Shown here: one piece after another, positions 36,170 through 44,379 of the stretch | Layout: each line of letters begins with the position of its first letter | How positions within the stretch are numbered: the stretch's first letter is position 1 | Assembly: GCA_964516805.1 (NCBI GenBank) | Contig: CAZEXI010000004.1 | Span: 710-64,709, forward strand | DNA length: 64,000 nt | Direction of reading: 5' to 3' | DNA from: an uncultured Thermoplasmata archaeon | GTDB taxonomy: Archaea; Thermoplasmatota; Thermoplasmata; Halarchaeoplasmatales; Halarchaeoplasmataceae | Program-made: the position numbers and the translations under genes | The notes under the pieces: generated by a model | Seen by the model: the letters and a program-made list of their open reading frames with translations, nothing else | The model's database searches: none | Told to the model about the DNA's origin: nothing

Positions 36170-36436
36170 ATGTCTGAAGATAAAATCAACATAGAATTTG
36201 TATATTCTGATACATGCCCAGATTGTCCACCAGCGAAAAGAATCGTAGAAAATGTTACTGACGATATGGATAATGTAAAAGTAGATTATCTAAGAGCTAA
36301 AGATAGCCCGAACATGATAAAAGAACATGAAATAACACATGTTCCTACGATAATAATAGACGGCGAGGTAGCTTTTATAGAAACACTAACCGAGAATGAT
36401 TTAGAGAAAGAGCTTAAGGATAAGATGGATGAATAG
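36170..36436 (+). CDS. Small glutaredoxin/thioredoxin-like protein (CPDC)
   Basis: FVYSDTCPDCPPAKR ... HVPTIIIDGEV. Start at the ATG at 36170; the track starts at TTG 36152. Confidence 0.65.
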   Translation: MSEDKINIEFVYSDTCPDCPPAKRIVENVTDDMDNVKVDYLRAKDSPNMIKEHEITHVPTIIIDGEVAFIETLTENDLEKELKDKMDE

Positions 36437-37412
36437 ATTAATATTTGAATTATCTGGACCCAATTTCGATCTAGCTGAAGCTGAAATAAAATCATTATTC
36501 GAAGGTTCAAATTATCACTTTTCTTCTCCTAGGTCATATAAAGGAATATTTTCATTAAAAACAAATATAGATCCGATTAAAATTGGAAAAAACCTGGGTT
36601 TGACACATCGGATTTTATCTGAAGGTACTATTGCTGTTTTAGAAGACATAAAAAACAAAAATATAGAGATAACACTACCTGAAGGGAGTGCTGCTGTTAG
36701 GGCTAGAAGGGTCGCAGGAACTAAGGCAGACACTTTACAATTGAAAAGGTCTATAGGAGATATAATTTCAAAAAATAATCCAATAGATCTAGATGACCCT
36801 GATCTTGAGCTGCTCGTACTAATCTCAGAAAAATGCGCACTAGGTAGGATCGTATTTGAAAGAAATAAAGACTCTTTCAAATCTAGAGAAGTAAAGAACA
36901 GACCTTATTTCTCTCCAGTCTCTTTGGAACCAAAATACGCAAGGGCCATGATCAATCTTGCTAGAGTTACTAAAGGGGACATGATTCACGATCCCTTCTG
37001 CGGTACTGGTGGGATATTGATCGAAGGTTCCTTGATAGGGTATAATATGTTTGGAGGAGATATAGATGAAGATATGGTTAAAGGATGTAGAAAAAATTTA
37101 AAAGAATTTGATTGTGATGCTGAAGTTGAGAAAGGAGACGTTTCTCAAACCATACCTGAAAATATCGATGCTGTTGTGACAGACCCACCTTACGGAAGAG
37201 CCTCTACAACTTCAGGAGAAAAGAAATCAGAGGTCTATAAAAGATTATTTGAAACATGTAAAAATAAGTTAAAAGATGGAGGTCACTTATCTACAATCTT
37301 TCCAGATAAAAAATATTATGAAATGGGTAAAGATTTTTTAGAACCTATAGAGAGATATAAAGTGAGGGTTCACGGTTCTTTAAATAGATATTTTTGTGTG
37401 TTCCGTAAATGA
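36429..37412 (+). CDS. trm11: tRNA (guanine(10)-N2)-methyltransferase, THUMP plus class I MTase (Trm11/TrmG10)
   Basis: 327 aa. DPFCGTGGILIEG SAM motif and DPPYG catalytic motif after an N-terminal THUMP-like domain. 8-nt overlap with the upstream gene. Confidence 0.8.
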   Translation: MNRLIFELSGPNFDLAEAEIKSLFEGSNYHFSSPRSYKGIFSLKTNIDPIKIGKNLGLTHRILSEGTIAVLEDIKNKNIEITLPEGSAAVRARRVAGTKADTLQLKRSIGDIISKNNPIDLDDPDLELLVLISEKCALGRIVFERNKDSFKSREVKNRPYFSPVSLEPKYARAMINLARVTKGDMIHDPFCGTGGILIEGSLIGYNMFGGDIDEDMVKGCRKNLKEFDCDAEVEKGDVSQTIPENIDAVVTDPPYGRASTTSGEKKSEVYKRLFETCKNKLKDGGHLSTIFPDKKYYEMGKDFLEPIERYKVRVHGSLNRYFCVFRK

Positions 37413-39269
37413 TCAAGGCACGACACCGATTATTTCATGTTCTCTGCTCATATCAGTATTATGTGATACTATTTTTATCCTTAATTTGACAGTCTCTCCT
37501 GATTTTTCTAATGGCTCATCTGCATACAGAACCATATTTATATTAGATTTAGAGAATTTTCCGACTGTAAAATTCAAGTTTTCTCCTGTTTTGGCATCTA
37601 ATGAATAACTTATACTCCAGCTGCTGTTAGAAATGTTTAATGTAGATATTCCATAACAGTCTAATCTACCTTTATTTTCTAAACTTATGTTAAATCTATA
37701 ATTTGTCCTTTCCTTGTCCATCAAGAAAACATCTTTGATCAACATATCATCGCCAGTCAAAGTTGCATTCATCGAATATCCTAGTTTTGAACTCAATTTT
37801 ATAACTTTTTCCTTATCTGTTGCGTTTGATTTTACTTTAAAACTTATGTCAGTTTGATTAGTACTTTCTTTTACAGACTTTATGGTTAATCTATATGTGA
37901 TGTTATCTTTGACGTCTAAATTCGCGTATGTTTGATTACCTGATACGTTAACATACGTCCAATTATTACCAACTTTCTCCCTATAACTCAATCTAGACTG
38001 CCATGACTCATTTGATAATTTATAGCTTACATTGTAAATGATACCTTGGTCTTCTTCTATATTCTTACCCTTATTTTTAAGATTAATATAATAATCGGTA
38101 GTTTCATTAACTAAAACTGTACGATCAGGTACGCCTTCTAACTGCATCTGAAAATCATAACTGTACTGCTGCTGCTCAACAGGGATCGGATGAAAACTCA
38201 CGATGAGTATTACCACGCCGATCACTCCTACAATCTTTCTTTTATTGTCTAGTTTACTGATATCGTTAAGAGGGGGAGGATGTTTTACGCCTCCTAAGAA
38301 AAGTATCAGTACAGCAAATAAAATCCAACCTGGATACCTCCATATACCAACTATCATCAAGAATCCAAATGCTGCATAGCTGATGAATTTTGAATTATCA
38401 CCTAATAAAGAGCGGATAACGTGTCCACCATCCAATTGGGATGCAGGTAAAAGATTTAAACCAGTAACTAAGAAGCCTACCCATCCTGCAAATAAAGTGG
38501 GATGTAGATTAGTTGTAACATTCCAAGGAAGTAAAGCTGCTAACCCTTGTATTATTATCGGATTACTCCAGAGGAAACGTACTCCTTGACCTGAAACTGG
38601 AGGAGATGGATTTCCTGTTGCCCCTAAATATAAACCGATTATAGATACAGGTATCGCTACTATAAAACCACAGATAGGCCCTGCTATACCCACATCTAAT
38701 AATGATTTTTTGTCAGGAATCGGTTCTCTTATGCTGATAAAAGCACCAATAGTTCCTAACGGTGGAGGAGCTGGCATAAAGAATGGAAGTGAAGCTTTTA
38801 TCTTATGTAATCTAGCCATAAAATAATGTCCCATCTCATGTATTCCTAAAATAGTCAATAAAGGTAACGTGAAATAAAATCCACCATAGAGTAAGTTGTG
38901 AAGAGAAAACATACCATTAACAGGATCATACGTACCCCATTGATAAGTACCTGCAATAAGTGCAGTACCTATAGTTATAAAGAGCATGATAAGATTAGTT
39001 TTTACTCCCCTATAGCTCTTCTCTTCTTGTTTTTTATACTTGATTATATATTCACCTGAGTCCTCAGACAAAAATGGTATGTAATTCTGAGGCACTAATT
39101 CCTTCCTTAAAGAATCAAATCTATCTTCTATGTCCTCTCCATCAAAAACTCTAACATAAACAGAAACTATATTATATTCAACTTCAGTTTTATAAACAGG
39201 AAAATGTTTACCTGTTACATTTTGAAGAAATTCTATTTCATTTTTATAATCTTCAGGACTATCTACCAT
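37413..39269 (-). CDS. Site-2 protease family (M50) membrane metalloprotease with large sequon-rich C-terminal extracytoplasmic domain
   Basis: HEMGHYFMA (HExxH) and LPASQLDGGHV motifs in a multi-TM core. The C-terminal 250 aa or so are beta-rich. Confidence 0.8.
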   Translation of the reverse strand: MVDSPEDYKNEIEFLQNVTGKHFPVYKTEVEYNIVSVYVRVFDGEDIEDRFDSLRKELVPQNYIPFLSEDSGEYIIKYKKQEEKSYRGVKTNLIMLFITIGTALIAGTYQWGTYDPVNGMFSLHNLLYGGFYFTLPLLTILGIHEMGHYFMARLHKIKASLPFFMPAPPPLGTIGAFISIREPIPDKKSLLDVGIAGPICGFIVAIPVSIIGLYLGATGNPSPPVSGQGVRFLWSNPIIIQGLAALLPWNVTTNLHPTLFAGWVGFLVTGLNLLPASQLDGGHVIRSLLGDNSKFISYAAFGFLMIVGIWRYPGWILFAVLILFLGGVKHPPPLNDISKLDNKRKIVGVIGVVILIVSFHPIPVEQQQYSYDFQMQLEGVPDRTVLVNETTDYYINLKNKGKNIEEDQGIIYNVSYKLSNESWQSRLSYREKVGNNWTYVNVSGNQTYANLDVKDNITYRLTIKSVKESTNQTDISFKVKSNATDKEKVIKLSSKLGYSMNATLTGDDMLIKDVFLMDKERTNYRFNISLENKGRLDCYGISTLNISNSSWSISYSLDAKTGENLNFTVGKFSKSNINMVLYADEPLEKSGETVKLRIKIVSHNTDMSREHEIIGVVP

Positions 39270-39374
39270 CTTAGATTGAATAAATTATTGTCCCTAATAA
39301 GTCTTGTGTAGATTTAGATTTTTAAAATACTCTTTGGCAAAACAATATTAATAACCTTATTTTATGGATTGGAA

Positions 39375-39881
39375 ATGCATTTAAGAAGAAATATCTCTGA
39401 TGATAAAAAAGGGTCCCTGGAAGGTTTACCATTAGAAATGCTGATTATAATATTAGTCATGGGTATATCAATACCCATTATCTGGAATTCAGCTAAATAC
39501 TATTCTAAAAACGATTTAGAAAAAGAAATAATCACTGAATTAGAAATCTTTTCCGAAAAGGTGGAAGATGTAGCAAGTTCAGATAAAGGTAGTACCCGTA
39601 CTATGAAAATAGATATCGAAGATAATATACTTTCAAGAATTGATAATGTAAAGATCGGTGGAGATACATTAGAAAAGATGAGTAATATCAGATATGAAAT
39701 AGATGGTGAGAAGAAAAGATACTCTCTTGATAATTTATTGGTTTCTAATATTACTGATGAAAAAACATCCTCGATGAAGATTCCTCATGATGGTGAAAAA
39801 GTGTTCATAAAAAATAGTGGCTTCATAGCAAATGGGATCGATGTTATTGAAGTAGGAATTGCAGGGAGAGTAAATGCATGA
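39375..39881 (+). CDS. Hypothetical protein with N-terminal class III (type IV pilin-like) signal-like segment
   Basis: KKG-SLEGLPLEMLIIILVMGISIPIIW at the N-terminus. Paralogous core shared with the next gene (IDIEDNILSRIDNVKI vs IDLKGNLFAGIDYVKI). Confidence 0.4.
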   Translation: MHLRRNISDDKKGSLEGLPLEMLIIILVMGISIPIIWNSAKYYSKNDLEKEIITELEIFSEKVEDVASSDKGSTRTMKIDIEDNILSRIDNVKIGGDTLEKMSNIRYEIDGEKKRYSLDNLLVSNITDEKTSSMKIPHDGEKVFIKNSGFIANGIDVIEVGIAGRVNA

Positions 39882-40354
39882 GATCGATCAAAAGAATAGA
39901 TAAAGAAGGCGTTCTAGATATCCCATTCAAAATCATAATAATGATCGTTCTTATAGGGTCAGTAGTCCCCTTAGGATTGATGAGTTATAGAAACATATCT
40001 CGTGAAAAATTCAAGAATAGAATCAAAAATGAATTAGATGATATTTATTTTTCTGCAAAAGAGGTATCATTACTTGGCAATCTGTCAACTCAAAATGTTG
40101 AGATCGACCTGAAGGGAAACTTATTCGCAGGGATAGATTATGTTAAGATTATAGATTCAAGAGGAAACAATGAAAGCCTTATCGAGTACAAATTCGATTG
40201 GAGAAAAGAGTTAGACCATATTCACTTATATGAATCAAGAATAAAAATAGAAAATAAAGATTTCATAATGCTCCATGATAGTAAATATGAATTATCTTTA
40301 AAACAGGTTGAATATCCTGGGGGATCACATATAGTCATTTCAAAAAACAATTAA
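39878..40354 (+). CDS. Hypothetical pilin-like protein, paralogue of 39375..39881
   Basis: KEG-VLDIPFKIIIMIVLIGSVVPLGL at the N-terminus. ATGA overlap with the upstream gene. Confidence 0.4.
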   Translation: MRSIKRIDKEGVLDIPFKIIIMIVLIGSVVPLGLMSYRNISREKFKNRIKNELDDIYFSAKEVSLLGNLSTQNVEIDLKGNLFAGIDYVKIIDSRGNNESLIEYKFDWRKELDHIHLYESRIKIENKDFIMLHDSKYELSLKQVEYPGGSHIVISKNN

Positions 40355-40782
40355 AAATCCTCTAAACGCTTCTCCTTCCATGTTCCACCTTTACCAATAT
40401 GCACCACATCAAATCCATCTTCTTCTAATCTCTCAGCTATGAATCGTCTATGACATTTTAAAGGGTCTTTCTCCATACACATTATAACTGTTTTACCTTC
40501 CTCCGCTAATTCTTTCAACTCATTGTATGCTATTTTCCATTCTTTTGTTTTCATCTTATCTCTGTAATCGCTATCGATCAATCCTCCCAACTCCGGTTTA
40601 TGCTTGTAATATATACTTTTATGAAATAACGACTCTTTCAACTTTTCTTTATTAAAATCTTCTAATCGAGAACGGGGGAGGGACCTAACATCCACTAAAT
40701 GTTGAATACCATATTTCCGTAGTAAATCTATCACCTCATCTATGGATTTGCCCTGGTATCCTATAGTGTATATTTTTTTCAC
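40351..40782 (-). CDS. DUF488 family protein
   Basis: KKIYTIGYQGKSIDEVIDLLRKYGIQHLVDVRSLPRSR matches the DUF488 N-terminus. Start placed at GTG 40782; the track ORF extends to ATG 40911 with a 43-aa hydrophobic extension that has no homology. ttttatcta lies about 25-30 nt upstream of the GTG, so the mRNA may be leaderless. Confidence 0.6.
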   Translation of the reverse strand: MKKIYTIGYQGKSIDEVIDLLRKYGIQHLVDVRSLPRSRLEDFNKEKLKESLFHKSIYYKHKPELGGLIDSDYRDKMKTKEWKIAYNELKELAEEGKTVIMCMEKDPLKCHRRFIAERLEEDGFDVVHIGKGGTWKEKRLEDF

Positions 40783-40983
40783 GTTTGTATATTGAAAACA
40801 ATAGATAAAACTTTTATGATTTTCAATTTGAAATATCAAAACGAAAGCATTAAATAATGTTTCTTCTATTATCTGTATGACAAACGACATCGAAACGATG
40901 TCGCTCGTCATCTATGCGTCTCATGGTGTACCTCCTTCGTACATCTTTTAGACGTTTATTGACATACGAGTTGGTGGAGGAAA

Positions 40984-41217
40984 GTGTCCGAATCTGAAAA
41001 AATCACAATAAGATTACCAAAAAGCTTCGTCGATAGAGTTGACTTTTTGGTCGAAATGGACGACTTTTCCTCACGCTCCGAGGCAATCCGAACTGCAGTT
41101 AGGGACATGCTATATTATCGGGTTGATTTGGTTGCCGAAAAGGTGGAGAAAATGGCTGAGCAAGAACAAAAGATGGCTCAGGCAAAAGCAATCAGAGAGG
41201 AGTATTTAAAAAGATAA
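40984..41217 (+). CDS. Ribbon-helix-helix (CopG family) DNA-binding protein
   Basis: 77 aa. ITIRLPKSFVDRVDFLV...RSEAIRTAVRDML fits strand-helix-helix. GTG start 3 nt after a ggtggagg SD. Confidence 0.7.
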   Translation: MSESEKITIRLPKSFVDRVDFLVEMDDFSSRSEAIRTAVRDMLYYRVDLVAEKVEKMAEQEQKMAQAKAIREEYLKR

Positions 41218-41307
41218 TCAATGTGCTATGGGATGCACTCTAACCTGCTAGCCCTCCTCATGGGCGTTTCAGCAGAATATCACGATAAATCTCTCCCCTC
41301 TCCCCTC

Positions 41308-41320
41308 TTTTTTATTTTTT
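41308..41320 (+). terminator. Oligo-T tract (ttttttatttttt) after a pyrimidine-rich run
   Basis: About 90 nt downstream of the RHH stop, after two hairpins. Archaeal terminators are typically T-runs. Confidence 0.4.
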
Positions 41321-41413
41321 CAATGTTTTTTAAAATCCTAATTTAATTAAGTTAAACAGTGGATTCAATTAGAAAAATGTACTTGACACTTTTACAAATA
41401 TTGGCTTATAACT

Positions 41414-42580
41414 CTAAACACCCATTGCTAACCGCAATGTATTCCTCACAGCTGGAGCGGCACCCAGGACAATTATTACAAATTTGATAAGGTTACGTAG
41501 ATAAGGATACTCTAAAAATTCTTCCTCAAGATATCTGTCAAGAAGATATACTGCAGCAACGATTATCAGTAATTTAAGACCATACATGACCAGAGAGGTA
41601 CCAGTAAGATCTATAGCCAATCGGGGTAAAACATGCTTCTCTAAATATCCATAATATTCCATACCTCTGTATGTGGCAGAAGCATCAAAAAAGTGGGACC
41701 AAGCTATCAAAATATTAAGGGGTGCGAAATATAACATAGATATCTCTTTTAATTTATCAACCATTCCAATTAACTTCCAAGCCCCTAGGAAAAGTATAGT
41801 AGCAAGAACAGACAGTGCTGGAATGATCAAAGCTTCCCATGGATTTGTTCCATCGATAGTAGTTATATAATGATAGTTATAGCTCAATGAAAAAATCAAA
41901 AATGAAGCACCATAAAGTGAAAATAGATACGATTCATCCATCCAATCTTTTATATGACCTACTAAGGTAATCACAGCTATAACCAAAGCTAACAAAACAT
42001 ATGGAAATAAGACATATTCCGAAAAATAACCTTCTGTCAGTAATAAAACAATAATGATAGGAATTACCAGTAGCAATCTTATGATGAACTTATATTTATC
42101 TTGTAGATCAGCTTTTTTAATGTAGGCACCCGCTACCATGGAAGATATTGCTGATATCCCTAGAACAAAATAGATGATCGGAGATATGAAAAATTGATCC
42201 AAAGGTTCCTTGAATAACCCTACATCCTCCAAACTTCTTAGGGATCCTCCTAAACCAATCCAAGGCAGGAGTGATATCAAAAAAATGCTATCTATCTTCA
42301 AATCAAAATACTCAACTAATTCGTATATTCCATAAAATGCGATCACAATACATATTCCATAAACTATCGTGTTGACCGTGTTATATCCTTCTGATATGCC
42401 ATTAACAGCTCTATCTTTAGAATCTGCAACTACTGGACCCCAAAAGTATCTCCATATGAAAGAGTCCCAAAATATCTCTGGTAATAATAAGCAGCCCAGG
42501 GTCATTAAAGCGGGTATTCCCAATATTATAACTGCCCAGACCTTTAATTTGTTCCTGTTGTAAAATGATATTGGATCCAT
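41414..42580 (-). CDS. Polytopic integral membrane protein (possibly DUF63 family)
   Basis: About 10 hydrophobic segments. N-terminal region has ...WRYFWGPVVADS...GYNTVNTIVYG. The ATG is 1 nt after the glmS stop. Confidence 0.55.
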   Translation of the reverse strand: MDPISFYNRNKLKVWAVIILGIPALMTLGCLLLPEIFWDSFIWRYFWGPVVADSKDRAVNGISEGYNTVNTIVYGICIVIAFYGIYELVEYFDLKIDSIFLISLLPWIGLGGSLRSLEDVGLFKEPLDQFFISPIIYFVLGISAISSMVAGAYIKKADLQDKYKFIIRLLLVIPIIIVLLLTEGYFSEYVLFPYVLLALVIAVITLVGHIKDWMDESYLFSLYGASFLIFSLSYNYHYITTIDGTNPWEALIIPALSVLATILFLGAWKLIGMVDKLKEISMLYFAPLNILIAWSHFFDASATYRGMEYYGYLEKHVLPRLAIDLTGTSLVMYGLKLLIIVAAVYLLDRYLEEEFLEYPYLRNLIKFVIIVLGAAPAVRNTLRLAMGV

Positions 42581-42581
42581 T

Positions 42582-44369
42582 TTATTCAACCGTCACGCTT
42601 TTAGCTAGATTTCTTGGTTTATCTATCGATCTATCCAGTCTGTATGCTGTATAATAAGCAACCAACTGAAGGACTACATTGACAAGTATCGGAGAAAATA
42701 ATGGCGGTACCATAGGTATAGTTACGTACTCATCACTGAGTTTTCTAAGCTCTTTATCCTCATCCCCTACAGCAATGATAGGGCTCTCTCTTGCAGCTAT
42801 CTCTCCGATATTCCCCAGCATCTTTTCAAATGTATGATCTTTTACAGCGATAGCTATCACAGGAGTATCCCTGGTTAAAAGGGCAAATGGACCATGTTTC
42901 AATTCTCCTGCTGGATATCCGGTAGCGTTAATATATGCTATCTCTTTAAGTTTTAAGGCTCCTTCCAGTGCAACTGGATAATTTATATTTCTCCCGATGA
43001 AGAATATATCATAGGCCTTAGATAATCTTTCACTTATCTCTTTTATCTCATCTACTTTATCCAAAATCTTTTCTACCTTTCTAGGAAGTTTTCTCAACTC
43101 AGCTTTATAATCTTCAGATTTTCCTTTACTTATAACTCCTTTCTTGTAAGCCAATTCTATAGCCACCAGATACAAGGCTATAAGCTGAGTTGTAAATGTC
43201 TTCGTTGCTGCTACACCTATCTCTGGACCAGCTTGAGTATAGACCACTTCATCCACTTCTCTGGTTATAGAGCTATCTAATACATTGGTCACAGCAAGTG
43301 TAGTACAGCCTCTCTTATTTGCCTCTCTAGCAGCAGCTATTGTGTCTAAAGTCTCACCGCTTTGAGATAATAATATGGTAAAAGGATAACTATCATTTTC
43401 AGAGGAATAACGGTACTCAGAAGATACTTCAACAGAACAGGGTATCTTAGCTATCTTTTCTATTATATATTTACCAACATAGGCTGCATGCATCGATGTA
43501 CCACAGGCTATCAGCTTGATGTCATCGATACTATATTTAGAAAAATTTACCTCGTCAAATTCTGCCATCCTGCCCAAAAGAGATTCATGTATTGCATCTG
43601 GCTGCTCATGGATCTCTTTCAACATGAAGTGTTCATATCCTCCTTTTTCAGCATCCTCTACACTCCAGTTTACCTTTTTTGTTTCTCTTTCTATTTGGTT
43701 ACCTTCAAAATCGATTATTTCGATATCATCTTTACTTACTCTAGCAAGGTCTCCATCATGCAGGTATTTTATCTCGTTAGTATAATCCAAAATCGCAGGA
43801 ACATCAGAGGCAACTAGGTTTTCATTAGCTCCCACACCTATCACGAGGGGACTTTCATTTCGAGCTACTACCAAATTATCTTCGTCTTTATGTATAGCTA
43901 CTATTGCAAATGCTCCTTTTAATTTTTTAATGGAGTTCCTGAGAGCTTCCAATAGATCACCTTCGTAATTATCTTCCAAAAGATGAGCTATTATCTCACT
44001 GTCAGTCTCTGATGTGAATTCGTGACCCTTCTCCACTAATTCTTCTTTTAAACTTACAAAGTTATCTATTATTCCATTATGTATCACAGCTATATCTTCA
44101 CCACAATCTGAAAAAGGATGTGCATTTTTATCTGAAGGTTTACCATGTGTTGCCCATCGAGTATGCCCTATACCAAGACTTCCGGATGGGAAACCATCTT
44201 TGTTCAAATCTTTAACTCTGCCTTTCTTCTTTTGTATATACATATCATCTTTATCAGTCTTTATAGCTACTCCTGCTGAATCGTATCCTCTGTACTCTAA
44301 TCTCTTCAATCCTCTTAAAAGTATATTACCTACATCTTCTGATCCATTGTATCCTACAATACCGCACAT
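42582..44369 (-). CDS. glmS: Glutamine--fructose-6-phosphate aminotransferase (isomerizing)
   Basis: 595 aa. MCGIVGY N-terminal nucleophile, two SIS domains, C-terminal NLAKSVTVE. Confidence 0.95.
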   Translation of the reverse strand: MCGIVGYNGSEDVGNILLRGLKRLEYRGYDSAGVAIKTDKDDMYIQKKKGRVKDLNKDGFPSGSLGIGHTRWATHGKPSDKNAHPFSDCGEDIAVIHNGIIDNFVSLKEELVEKGHEFTSETDSEIIAHLLEDNYEGDLLEALRNSIKKLKGAFAIVAIHKDEDNLVVARNESPLVIGVGANENLVASDVPAILDYTNEIKYLHDGDLARVSKDDIEIIDFEGNQIERETKKVNWSVEDAEKGGYEHFMLKEIHEQPDAIHESLLGRMAEFDEVNFSKYSIDDIKLIACGTSMHAAYVGKYIIEKIAKIPCSVEVSSEYRYSSENDSYPFTILLSQSGETLDTIAAAREANKRGCTTLAVTNVLDSSITREVDEVVYTQAGPEIGVAATKTFTTQLIALYLVAIELAYKKGVISKGKSEDYKAELRKLPRKVEKILDKVDEIKEISERLSKAYDIFFIGRNINYPVALEGALKLKEIAYINATGYPAGELKHGPFALLTRDTPVIAIAVKDHTFEKMLGNIGEIAARESPIIAVGDEDKELRKLSDEYVTIPMVPPLFSPILVNVVLQLVAYYTAYRLDRSIDKPRNLAKSVTVE

Positions 44370-44379
44370 CTAGTCCACC

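Noticed and set aside
40783-40911. 43-aa N-terminal extension of the DUF488 ORF from ATG 40911
   Set aside because: The extension (MTSDIVSMSFVIQIIEETLFNAFVLIFQIENHKSFIYCFQYTN) is hydrophobic and low-complexity, and is not part of the DUF488 fold, which starts at KKIYTIGY. The nearby strong SD is spaced for a different frame (the sORF at 40924). The start remains uncertain.
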